DNA from: Schizochytrium sp. TIO01
Taxonomy: Eukaryota > Protista > Bigyra: Labyrinthulomycetes
Direction: 5' to 3'
NCBI GenBank assembly: GCA_004764695.1
Contig: SMSO01000032.1
Span: 7,720,483-7,784,482, forward strand
Length of the DNA: 64,000 nt
Shown piece after piece: positions 12,083 to 23,900 of this stretch. The notes under the pieces are model-generated. The model saw only the letters and a program-made list of their open reading frames with translations. It was not told the DNA's origin and did no database searches. The translations under genes and the position numbers were made by a program. Each line of letters begins with the position of its first letter. Positions within the stretch are counted from its first letter, which is position 1.

Positions 12083-12395
12083 TACTCAGCTATCCAACTA
12101 TTACTATATCTATGAGTCTACTTCTCTAGGACTAGGACTATTAAGACTTAGTGAGTATGGCAATAGAGCTCTGCTACCTTTTAGATATATGCTTAGTTAC
12201 TGGCTATCGAAAGAATGCGGAGAGAAGAATCAATTGGCAATCACCAATCCTGCCCTGCTCTAACCCTTTCGTTCCAAGCGCTAGCCAAGATGATCTACGA
12301 CGTCAACTCTCCTCTGTAAGTGATCAAGTGTTTTCTGCCCGACTACTATAACATGTGAAGGCTCTAGTTCACGTCGCCGCATACTAGGAATCTAG

Positions 12396-12418
12396 TCTCT
12401 TCCTCTCTCTCTCTCTCT
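12396..12418. repeat. (CT)n microsatellite
   Basis: Read directly from the sequence. Confidence 0.8.
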
Positions 12419-13099
12419 ACCGCTCTCCCATCTCATTCGGTGTCTGAGCTTTTTCAGATGAACAAGTGGATTCCCTCATCTGGCCCAGAATAAGCTGAGG
12501 TATTCGTCTGTGTCGTTGTATATTATTGTAATGCATACGATTTTGAAACAGGTGAAACTCTCGAGTAAACAGGGTGATCGCATCAGAGCAACTTCCTGCA
12601 CAGAAAACTGACTTTTCCTTGAACTCGTGCTTGATGATATTTATATATACTTGCATTAACCTATCTCCCAACACAGCTACCAGTCCTACATGGTCTTCAA
12701 GAAGGTCTCCGCTTCTAACTACAGCGCAGCTAACGCTTCTATGGGTTCTAACGCAGGCGGCGCCAAGGCTGGTGTCCTCAACCCAGGAAGTGTAGGGTGT
12801 TAGCCTGTTAAACTAACACTGTTGCTTTCAAGGGCTACTTAGACAAAGACCTGCCTTCTGATGATGATAAAGAAGATTGTCTGTCAGAAAATGTGATCCC
12901 ATGTCTCGCCCATTAAATATATAAATAGTTCTTATGAGGAGGAAGAGGAATCTGTCCCTTCCACCAAAATGCAAATTGAAATTCTCAATGGACTTTTAAA
13001 AGCCTTCCTTTTCCTCTGTGCAATAGATCTCGCCCTACTGAATGGTCCTGTACCAAGCTTTGAAGCTTTGGACACGTTGTCTTGTTGATCTTTTCTGAA

Positions 13100-14320
13100 T
13101 TATCCCTGTTGATCACTCATCCGTCTTGCGCGTCGTAGTCTCCTCCTGCGTTGGTTGCTCTGTTGCGAAGCAAGGAGCTTGCGCTGGTCCTCTGCAGCTC
13201 GATTCTGAACTTCAATTCGCCCTGCTAAAAGCTTCGTGATTTTTTGGTGTTGGGGGGAACTCCAAAGTTGGGCTAAAGACATTGGAGTCTGACCATATTG
13301 ATCAACCGGGGAAGTTTCAATTTCTCTATGAGATAACAGTGATTTCACAACCTCTACGTGGCCACCATCTGCTGCGAGAGTGAGTGCAGTCTTCAGCTCC
13401 TCATTGCGAGTATTGACTTTGGCCCCTTCTTGTAAGCAATGATTTACCACAGCGGAGTGGCCAGCAGCACTTGCCTGCATGAGCGCTGTATTTCCATAAT
13501 TTGTCACTTGCTCAAGATCAACACCGGCATTGAGAAGCAACTTCAGTGCATTCGTGTTTCCTTGCTCAGCAGCCCATGTTAATGCGGTTGAACCATGACG
13601 ATTTCTATGATTCGGGTTGGCACCGCGCTCTAAGAGCATTCGTAAAATTGCAGCATTATTTTGATGGGCAGCCCACATAAGTGCTGTCCATCCTTTGTTG
13701 TCCTCTATGTTTGGATCACAATTTCCTACGAGTAGTTGCTGCACAACAAATTTATGATCAAGTAAGGATGACCATATGAGCCCAGGGAAACCTTCAAAGG
13801 CTTCGTCATGAACAAACCCATCTATGTTTGCTGATGTCTGGCTCTCTAATAAGGCTTTGACTGCAACAACATCACCCTTCTGCGCAGCTTGTGCCAGAGG
13901 AACTTGTACAATTTTGCGGCGATGATGACGTCTGCGCTCGATGCATTCATCTAATGCCTCTCCAAGAGGGGTTAGCGGATCATCGGACATCAACACCCGT
14001 TCACCTATAAGACCTTCATATTCTCCCGTTTCCTCATTAAGCTCTAGCGGTCGGTCTGAGATTGAGAGCTCAAACGAAAGCATGTCTTTGGCAATATCTC
14101 TGTCCTTGAATAAGGGTCGTACTGCGGCATTGTCGAAAGTGCGTTTGAACTCTATATGACTCAGCTTGCGAACCCCTGAAGTAACTCTTTCATCAAACTG
14201 GAATGTTGAGCTAGCTTCTGAGATGGTCTCCGAAGTGTCCGTATACTCACTAGCCACATCGTGGTCCCATGTGTACTTCTGTTCCTCAACTTTGTCCCAG
14301 GTTCCGCTATGTCCCGCCAT
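13100..14320 (-). CDS. Ankyrin-repeat protein (about 6-7 repeats) with Arg-rich C-terminal tail
   Basis: Repeats GWTALMWAA, GSTALTWAA, GNTALMQAS, KTALTLAA and GQTPMSLA. First ATG is at 14320. The frame stays open to 14410, right after a pyrimidine tract + TAG, so an upstream exon is possible. Confidence 0.85.
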   Translation of the reverse strand: MAGHSGTWDKVEEQKYTWDHDVASEYTDTSETISEASSTFQFDERVTSGVRKLSHIEFKRTFDNAAVRPLFKDRDIAKDMLSFELSISDRPLELNEETGEYEGLIGERVLMSDDPLTPLGEALDECIERRRHHRRKIVQVPLAQAAQKGDVVAVKALLESQTSANIDGFVHDEAFEGFPGLIWSSLLDHKFVVQQLLVGNCDPNIEDNKGWTALMWAAHQNNAAILRMLLERGANPNHRNRHGSTALTWAAEQGNTNALKLLLNAGVDLEQVTNYGNTALMQASAAGHSAVVNHCLQEGAKVNTRNEELKTALTLAADGGHVEVVKSLLSHREIETSPVDQYGQTPMSLAQLWSSPQHQKITKLLAGRIEVQNRAAEDQRKLLASQQSNQRRRRLRRARRMSDQQG

Positions 14321-16008
14321 CCTTCGATTCTTCGAAGACAGACTTCGCAAGGCTCTTCTCCACGCAATACTCTCGATTGCTGCCTTGCGGGCTTCCAAAC
14401 GAAGGCTGCACTAGAGAAGAAGAGAAGAATAATTATTCCACCGCTATTGACTGATCTGTTCTATGGATTGTCAGCGTCGCAAAGGTTGCACGCGTTCATC
14501 AGAACTGATCACTGCTTCTTAAGCTGTGAGTTAATTAACTACTAATAACAACACTAGTGAAACTCGGGGTCCTAGAACAGAGTATCCTTAAACAGAAGTC
14601 ATAGATAGCACTCTGGCCGAGAGTCCATCCTCATATATAATCGATCAAAAAGGTGTTAACGACAAAAGAACATTGCCACAAGAAAATTAAGCTCCTAACA
14701 AGAACTGCAGCACTACCTTTGAACTCTCCCAAACCTGAATACTCACTCATTTAATTTATAAATTTGGTGGCTCCCCAAAAATGGATCCCGCGCCCTATGA
14801 AACTATCTCGTTGTCACGGTGGCTTAATAATACTTATTAAACCTGTTAGTAGGTTGTAGGCTGATGGCAAAGACTTTTAAGCAACAAACAGATATACGTT
14901 TTCGATACCAATGAATGATGTGCAACCATATATACACTATGCTGAGGTGCTTGCACACACATAGACTCCTGAACACACCTGCCCGGGAGGTTCTTTGCCT
15001 CTGGCAACTGCAAATTAATAAAAAAGGGTTTATTTTATGTTTGATTTAATTTTTTTAATAAAAAAATAAAATAAAAATTGTCTGCAGATCTCTACACTAG
15101 ACATATACAGGTAGCATCAATGCGAGCTTTTCGTATGTGAATCCAACCTAATGGCTTTGCAAGTAAAATTGACTAAACCTTTCGCATTGAGCCTAGAAGC
15201 TGAGAATCTAACAAACCCTTACCCATCAAAATTGGTTTGTGGCTGATTTTCGTGAGTGTTCAATTCAATTCGAAAAGCTATTCATGGAGCCTGCCACTTT
15301 CTATAGTAATTCAGAACTGCAGATTCCTCTAATTAAGTTGAGGTGAAAAATTGTTTATGTGACAGGAACAACCTAATACGCTCGAGGCATCGGAATCTTT
15401 AAAAGCTGTATTTGGGTAAAAATTTGCCCTCATATGAGATTGTGTTGCTCAGCTCAGGGATGGCGAAGAAATACCTTTGACAAGTATAGCCATCTTTGAC
15501 TATTTGAAATGTCGAAAATTGGGAGGGTAAAAATAAAGAAGGAGAATCTGAGTGAGCTGCAAAAACTTATAACTGCAAAGAGAATTCTCTCCTTTTTATA
15601 AATTCCTCGCTTTCTGCTAATAGATATTTTAAATCTCTATAATGAGATATTATTTTCAACTCTTATTTAGAAACTTTAACTTTAAAAGAAGATGAAGACC
15701 TAAAAGATCAGGTTTAGCTTGAATCTTTCGCAACTTCACAATAATCTTCGTAATAATCTTTTCGTCCGAGTCTATTTAAGAATCAGTTACAAGACAATAG
15801 GATGTGAATATACTGATTGAAGAAAATACTATCGAGACCTCAGGGTGTTCATAGGCGATGGATATGTCTACTTGTCGCAATTACTTAATTTTGTATCTCA
15901 GCACAACTCCCAATAGTGTTGCTGCTGCACCTTGATTACACAGTTCTTTCTGCAAGGTTTGCAGGTAACCAGTAAAGTGAGCTACTGGTGGTACATAACC
16001 TAGTGAAA

Positions 16009-16018
16009 TAGGTACCTA
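16009..16018. promoter_or_regulatory. TAGGTACCTA palindrome, 455 bp upstream of the sideroflexin ATG
   Basis: Exact copy; TAGGTAGG (16073) and TAGGCCTA (16222) lie just downstream. Confidence 0.4.
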
Positions 16019-16463
16019 CTAAGGTGCGTTGTCTGTTTTTTATTTTGGGGGCACTCTCAAAGGGTTACATAATAGGTAGGTACTCCTATTTTCTAAGTGT
16101 CATTGTTTCTCTATAGAAGAAAAAATAGCATTTGTACATTTGTACCAAGGGTATTGTTAGTAGTAGTACATAATTATATGCTAGCTATATGATGTTTTAA
16201 GTTTGTTTAGAAGCTATCGACTAGGCCTATCTAGGTAGATAGTAATAGTGAGCGCAGGGAGGGTAGTAAGACTTAGTTACCTATTAAAATACTCGTAGGG
16301 AACTATGAAGATATGCAAATTAAAAAGAAAAGAAATACAAAGAAAGCTTCACAAGCCACCATTACCACGGAGTCTTCTTTGGCTCTTGGCAAAACTCATT
16401 GCTAGACTCGTTTTGCTCTTCCTGTTGATCAGTCTTCTCTTTTTAAGCAAATCAACTGAAGCG

Positions 16464-17441
16464 ATGTCCTCTGATAAGCAAGAATGCCCCCCTTTCTCTC
16501 TTGAGGGCTCTCGGTTTGACCAGAGCACCTATGCTGGCCGGTTTCGTGCATTTCTGGATGTGGTGGACCCCCGTCTTCTTCTTGTCTCAGAAAACGAGCT
16601 CACCAGTGCGCAAAAACTCCTTTCTGAATTTGCAGATGGAAAGCGCAGCAATGAGGTATCTGATGAGCAGCTTTGGCAAGCCAAAAAGGTTCGCGATGGA
16701 CTCGTGAATCCGGGAACTGGCGAGGTCATTAACCCTGCTCTTCGCATGTCTGCATTTGTGCCGTGCAACATTGCTCTTGTAAGTGGCATGCTCAATGCAT
16801 CCACAGCAGGATCAATTCTTTTCTGGCAATGGGCAAACCAGTCCTACAACAGCGCCACCAACTACGCGAATCGTAGCGGTTCCGAGATGACTACGGAACA
16901 GATCGCCACCAGCTACTCTATTGCGATTGGAACCTCCTGTGGTTTGGCAATGGCTTTCCGCTGGCTCGGGACCCATGGGCCCACCGCGTTTAAGCGCGTA
17001 GCTAGTATTCCTTTTGTTGTGCCCTACATTGCTGTAGCAGGAGCTGGAGCTGCTAACGTTTACTTCACAAGACGAGGTGAGATCGAGAAGGGTGTCATGG
17101 TAAAGGATGCCAACGGCAAGGACCTTGGCGTATCACAGGAGGCTGGCCGCCAGGGTGTTATTAAAACTATTCTGTCCCGGTCGCTTGGTCTCCCCATTCC
17201 TGTTTTGGTCATTCCCGCTACTGTCATGGCTCTTCTCCCCAAGAATTTGCCAAAGCGCACCATGATGGTCGCAGAGCTTCTGGTTATTACTTCCGCCCTT
17301 TGCGTAGCTCTCCCTGGAACCCTTGCGATCTTCCCACAAAAAATGGCTCTTGATGTTAAAACTCTTGAACCATACTTTCAGAACCTATACGACGAAAATG
17401 GCGAGCCTATCACCACTGTTTATAGCAATAAAGGCTTGTAA
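16464..17441 (+). CDS. SFXN: Sideroflexin (mitochondrial inner-membrane carrier)
   Basis: Motifs RFDQSTYAGRF, RMSAFVP, FWQWANQSYN..NY.NR, ALPGTLAIFPQ and C-terminal NKGL. Start placed at MSSDKQ (ATG 16464) by expected family length; an in-frame upstream ATG exists at 16305. Confidence 0.93.
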   Translation: MSSDKQECPPFSLEGSRFDQSTYAGRFRAFLDVVDPRLLLVSENELTSAQKLLSEFADGKRSNEVSDEQLWQAKKVRDGLVNPGTGEVINPALRMSAFVPCNIALVSGMLNASTAGSILFWQWANQSYNSATNYANRSGSEMTTEQIATSYSIAIGTSCGLAMAFRWLGTHGPTAFKRVASIPFVVPYIAVAGAGAANVYFTRRGEIEKGVMVKDANGKDLGVSQEAGRQGVIKTILSRSLGLPIPVLVIPATVMALLPKNLPKRTMMVAELLVITSALCVALPGTLAIFPQKMALDVKTLEPYFQNLYDENGEPITTVYSNKGL

Positions 17442-17546
17442 ACCTTTTATAGCTCTGTGAGTCCTTAGATGGATGTGCTGACTGATCAAGTAGCACTTTT
17501 AAGTGTTTTGCATTGTCGTTTTGATTGGGCTCTGCTTCCTCCCTCA

Positions 17547-17562
17547 TAGCTAGCTAGCTAGC
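17547..17562. repeat. (TAGC)x4 microsatellite in the sideroflexin 3' region
   Basis: Read directly from the sequence. Confidence 0.75.
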
Positions 17563-17986
17563 TGTATCAAGCGGCCCGCTCTTAACCATCCCATTCCCTG
17601 TAGACTGTCTCGAAATACGTAACGTCTCATTTTCAGCTTACATACACCCACTTTTACTTGCAGTTCAATTCTTGTTTTCAAAGAAAAACAAAAAAATATC
17701 ATTAGAAAACTATCCTTCGTAAAGTCTCATTAAACTATACAAAATATGAGCAAGCATAATAAAGCGAAAATGTTAACTTTGCAAAGGGATTGCCAGGATT
17801 TTAAAATGGGGCTAGTTTGCTCAAATATGTCAAAAAGCTTCACGTAGTCCTTATGAGCCCATGGATTTTTATGTTATTTATCTGATGTTCGCTAAAATGA
17901 TATCATTCATCTCATTAAATTCAAAACGTTCTTATTTATATAGTTAGAAAAGAAAGAGAAGAGATCATTCAACAAAGGCAACTTCC

Positions 17987-20900
17987 TTAGTCATCCAGCT
18001 GAGTAAGCAAGGCAACTCCGCGCTCGATCCAGAAGCCTTGATCCATTTCGCTAGGGATTCTCAGAAACATGAGAAAATTCGATGAGTGACCCGTCGTAGC
18101 AAGAACACCTCGACGCTCTGATGTTTTGTATACTGGGCAGTTGTAGTGAGGAGGAGGCTTGATTTCGTCCTGAGGCATGGGCTTAAGCCAGACCACAGGC
18201 GCATCAGAAAATAATTGCTTTGGGTGCGGATCAGCGAGTTGCTCAGTTGTCCTATCCCACCGAGCACCATCAAAAAATAGGCCATCCACGTAGGCACCTT
18301 CGGTAGACTCTGGACCACGCTGGTATTTAGTTTTGGGCATAACTTCAAAATCAAAATTGACAGAGTCGATTGCGATTTGATTCTTACGGGCATAGTTTTG
18401 CATGCACCCTGTCAAAAAAGCTTGCGTGAAGTAAAACCCACTTATCCAAAAGACTGCTGGCGGTTCATGCTCTAACCAGCTGCCAAGCATCTCAAGACGA
18501 CGAAGAAGGTCATTTACATATCCTCCGAGAGGCTTAAGAGATGGATAAGACTTTCCAGCCCATAGTCCAGGAACCAGACCATAGAACATTGAGTTTCCAA
18601 CTCGCTCAAGTTCAGCACTCATTACCATCTCACCTCGTACAGCTTTGCACAAGTTGACAAGAGACGGTCGAATTACACTTGTCAAGCGGTTGTAACGAAC
18701 AAGCTCCTGCTGTAAAACAGTATTTAAGGATTCATCCCATCGCACAGGAAAACGAACTTGAGCAAGCTCTAAGTTGAATGCCTCTGGGAGGCGCTTTAGA
18801 ATATCTTGTGCCACTTCTTCCATGACTTCATCAGGAGACTTGGAACCCGATGAATTTGTGTCAGCTTGAGTTAAAAGAATTGATGTAAAAAGAGCATTAG
18901 TTTCTTTGCGATCCTTTGTGATAGTCGCATTTGCATGAAGACCAAACACCTCTGGCTCTGCAGTAAGCGGAAATTTTTCAATATGCTCAATGAAGTCGTC
19001 TCGATTGGTACACTTAGCAGGATCTGGCATACGATAGTCCCCGCTTTCTGATATAGCATAGTTTGGCTGAAGAACATCGGATCTGTAAAAGCGACCCAGG
19101 ATGACGTGTAGGCAACGGCGATCTTTATCATCAGTGACACGCCCACCGTAATTACATTCAGCTGCAGTATAGTGAAGTGCCTTGTACGGCACTTCCTCAA
19201 ATTCTTGAATAAAGAAGGCCAGCTGCGCAGCACTAATGCTAAGATCTGCATCAGTAAACTCGTACGGAATATTCCATCCCATGGGTCCAAAGAGACGTCG
19301 TTCTTGCACTAGAGCATGGAAAATGGCTAGACCAAAGAGCAAGGTATGGAAGTTAGCTTCCTTATCAGGTGAAACACTGCTTTCAAAAAAGGACGGGTCA
19401 GCAATTGGATCTGATGAGTATGATCCAATTAAATTTGCACGAAGACCTTTAGGAGGCTCATTTGTCATCTTCACACCGTTCTGTAAAACTGATACTGGGA
19501 AATCCTTTGAGGGATAGGTGGTACACCACATGCGAAATTCGGGCTTCGTGTTTTCCATAGTTATTAACTCGCAAATCCTTTCGAATGCAGGCATCCAGCT
19601 AACAGCTAAGTGACAATTTTGCAACACGACCCAAGATCCTTCTGACTGAGCGCGCTCAATCATTCTCTCTGCAATCGGACCCTGCCCCTGTCCTAGAGAG
19701 ATACTGGAGACCTGTTGCTTCATAGAATCAGCAAACTTGAGTAAGCCTGCCATAGGATCAGAACCAGGCGAAAGGATGAAAATTAAAGGGGAGAGTGCAT
19801 TTGAATCGTTGTAGCAAGCTCCAAGATCAAACGGAGGCGGGTTAACGAACCGTTGGCCCATCTTGTTGATTACAAAGTCCTGAACTGCCAAAGTAACGCG
19901 ATCCGGACGGATGCACCGTAATATTAACATCCTCTGGAACGGAGTTAGTCGATCATTCTCCCACCGTTCTGGGTAAGGGAACCGATGGGCGTTACCTGCA
20001 TCATAGAGTTCCTTCCATTTCGCAGCGTCCTCTGCAAAAGTCTCTCGGAGGCCTTCAAATCCAGGCATGTCTGCTAAACGGCAGACCTCTCCCCAAGATT
20101 TGCCAGCTAACCATTCTGGAACAGGGTTCTCGTGCGGATTGTCCATTGCAACTCCACCAGTTAGCAAAAAGTACCACTCTGACTCTTCTAATTCGTGTGC
20201 ACCAAACATAAGCTTCACGGTAAGTAAGAAAGCAAACAAAAGCTTGTCTTTTTCTAGTAATGAGCGACAAATGTTGCAGTAGAGGGAATAGGTAAAGAAC
20301 TCACGAAGGTTGTCCATTCTAGTATTTAGATCGTCGGATTTCTCACTGTTTCGAATACCTGCGATAAACAGATTTGAAAACCAGCTTAAAGAATACTGAT
20401 ACACTGGCTCAATACTGGCAAGATCTGCAATACAAAAGTAAAGCAGCTGCCCGTGATATGCTACTGGGCGGTAGCCTTGACGAACTTCATCAATAGTCTT
20501 CTCAGTTTGTTCAGCGACTGCTTGCTTCTCCGCGATTTCATTGGAAAGCACCTTGGAGGAATTTAATGCATTAATTGCACTTTCATCTTCTAAAATATTT
20601 CCAGAAGAGGAGGAAAGAATATGCAAAATGTTATCCTCAAGCTCTTTGAGTTTTCGCGAGTTCTCCGCGCCTTCTACAATAAGCCGTGCCTTTTCTTCAG
20701 CAAGATCGGGCCGCTCCTCAGCCACTACAGTTCCAAGTAATTGGTCTTCAAGGCCATCAGGCGTAATCATAAAGTTGACCAATGTAACCTTCACTGCAAC
20801 CTCTGGAAGGTAGTGCGGGTTAGGTAGTTTGGTAGTAATGTAGAATCGAAATTCGGGACTGTATTCGACTGTGCTATCACCGAGACGCAAACATTCAACT

Positions 20901-23900
20901 CCACCTTGCTTGAAAGTTTGTTTTAAGAGGAGCGGTTCCAACGCTGCGTCAAGAGTTTCTCCAACGTTTTCAAGAAGAACTGGCTGACCGAATTGGACTG
21001 CATTTTCAACCGTTCGAAGATAGTTTCCATCACTCAGTTTGATGACATGAAGGCCAGCTTCCTTTTCCATGTTCCTGATCCACTTGTTTGCTTGACCTTG
21101 CGGGTCGATCAATAGTGGCCAACGACGAGAATTAAAGACCACAATCCCGTTGTCGACAGAAAACGAATCGGTTGGTAAGCCATTGACATGCCATTGACGA
21201 GTAGCAACAGGATCACCTAGAGTGGCGTTCAGTGTTACTCCCTCGGAAGCAGGAATCTTTCTCTCGTGAAGCAGAGCAGTCCACCTGGTTACCTGTTTAT
21301 CCCGTAGTGCAGCGGTAAAAGGCCCGAGATAAGCTATAACTCCAGCACTTACCAAAACATCACCTGTCAGCAAGGTACATTGCTTCGCAAGATCAAGGGC
21401 ACTCTGAGTCCAACGAGTCTTCTCACCACCAAGACCGTCAATGAGAGTTTTTGCGCGCTCCAACTTCTTTCCACAGAGGTCTACTTCATCTTCCAGATCT
21501 TTTTTCTTATCGCAAGCTGCCTTAAACTGTGCTTGCAAGGCTGCAAGCTCGTCTTCAACAGCCTGAAGTGCATCTTGCTTCTTCTTGAGCTCTCCCATCG
21601 TTACAGCGAGCTCGGACTCAGCCTGTGCTAATGCCTCTTTCTTCGGTGCAACAACTTTTGCTACGCGATCATACGCCTCCATAGCACGCACCCATTTACA
21701 CATACCACAGGCTGCGACAGAAGCCTTCTTCACAATTTCTGGCTCAAAGTTTGGATCGTTGACGAATTTTTTACGGATAATTTCAATGAATTTGGGGTTG
21801 ATGTTGTCTTTATCATACTCCTTCAAAGTCTGCAAGAACTTAGCATCAGCAAGCAATTTTTTACCTGGAGTCCACCAATCGTCTACCTTCTTCGTTGGGT
21901 CGTTCGGATCTTTAGCCTTCGCGCATTTTATATTAAGCATTACACAGATGGCTTCCATTGTCAACACTACACCGCCAGGCGGGGTTTTGAAGTTCTTGAC
22001 TTCGTTGATATCGGAAGGTTTGAGCGTATCGAGAGCATCTACAGCATCTTGAAGAAGTGGCATTGCAACAGCAAGATCATCCTCACACTCCTTTTTAATT
22101 GCGCCAACTCGGTCAGCTTCGCCTTGAGCAATGGCGGCATCCTTACCGACAGACTCTTTTGTAGCCTCAACACCTGGAAGTTTTTCTTCGATCTGTTTCA
22201 TAAGAGCATCTGTATCTGCTTGAGACTGTGCAAGTACGGGTTGCAAATCCGTGAGTTGTTTTTGCATGTCCGCAACTGAAGATGCTGCAAAGTCTAGTTT
22301 CTCGAGACCAATCTCATAACGGCGTTTAGCTGCTAAAACTTTATCTCGACAAGAGTTGAGAGATCCCTTGTAAGCAAGAATAAGCTCAAGGTAAGATGTT
22401 GGGGTCACGTAGTTGATGCGCCTCATACTAGATCGGAAAAATTCTGAGAGTTCCTGAATGGAGGTATGAAAGCTTTGGCACGTCATGACAATTGAGCTCA
22501 AAATCTCCTCACGAGTGGCTTTCTCAGAGTCACCAATCGGCAAATCTGCAAGGAAACGCTCCGCAACAGCAACCAAGGCATCAGCAGGCCAAAGGCTAAA
22601 CCAGTCGATGACACAACAGTTGATTAAACTTGGGTACATACGTAAGCGATCGCGGAATTCTCCTCCAATAGGACTGAAGGCAAGCACAACATGCAACTTC
22701 TTGCGCACGCGCTGAACAAAAAACTGCCAAAGCTCTAGTGCGTTCATATCAGCAGCCTTTTTACCGTATACTTGCTTAGCGAAAGGACGCACATTCTCCA
22801 AACATTCGGCTTTTTCGTCGCTAGGAAATAGGTTCGGGATTTCACCAGAGTTAAGAAGGTTATTTATATCTTCCACAAAGCTTGGTTGCTTAATTTGGGA
22901 ATCGCTGAAGAGGAATACTGCATCTCGAGGATTCAGTGCTGCAGCTCTGATGACTCGTTTTAAGTCCTCGTGCCATTCAGTCTTGTTGTAATTCTTCGAA
23001 ATCTCGATTTGGATAACGTCAAAATCCGCAATAAAACCAGCTAAGCGTGTAAGTGACTGTCTTCCAGAGCCACCCACTCCTACGAGTAAGGCATTACCTC
23101 CAGGCATTGCAAGAACACGGCTGATCCGTGAAACATGTTCAATCGCAAACAGAAACAACACCAATTGCATTGGGGTCTTACTCACAGAATTGTACTCCTC
23201 CAAGTATGTATCAAGTGTTTCTGAGAGCTTTACAACATCTTGAATCTCTTCATATAGACGCGGATCGGCGCCAGGAACCATGAAGTCTCCAAAGAATAAA
23301 CGACGCATATCATCCAGAACAATATCATCCCCAAAGTTTGAACCCTCCGGACGGCTTTCTTTCAGGTGTTTGAAAATTGATGAAAAGTCCGCATTAAAAT
23401 GTTTGGGTGAGAGTGTCTTTATATAACCAAGAAACCATGAACGATCTTTATCATCAATCAGGCGATCAGAAAACACTCGCATCACCTCATGCACCCAAAG
23501 CCTTACTACGTAAGGCCTATCAACTCCCTCCGTCTGTGGGCCGACCATTGTTACACCTTGGATTACACGAGAAAAGTCGCGAAGGTTGAAAGTGTAGTGC
23601 GATTTCGCAGGAGTTGGTAAGAGTTCCTCTTTTGCTTTTGTGTAAGACTCAAGCGTAGCAGCAACAATCCCCCCTGCAAGACCACGAATGGATTCATCAA
23701 ACCCAGGCTTTCCAAAATGCCAGGTCGTAAGTGTTTGGAATATGCGAACAAGAGTTTGATCAGAGAATTCTGTAAACGTGAGAACATTAAAATGCCTCAT
23801 CATGCGTGGTGTGATGAAGTTACGCCCACCGCCCGGAGGTCCCATTGCAGCCACCAGCAGCGTGTCGATAATGGTTCGGAAGGTCTTTTCTTTTAGATCG

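Noticed and set aside
16305-16463. Basic plus hydrophobic N-terminal extension on sideroflexin
   Set aside because: Derives from A-rich and CT-rich UTR-like sequence, and family members start near the RFDQ motif. Not fully excluded.
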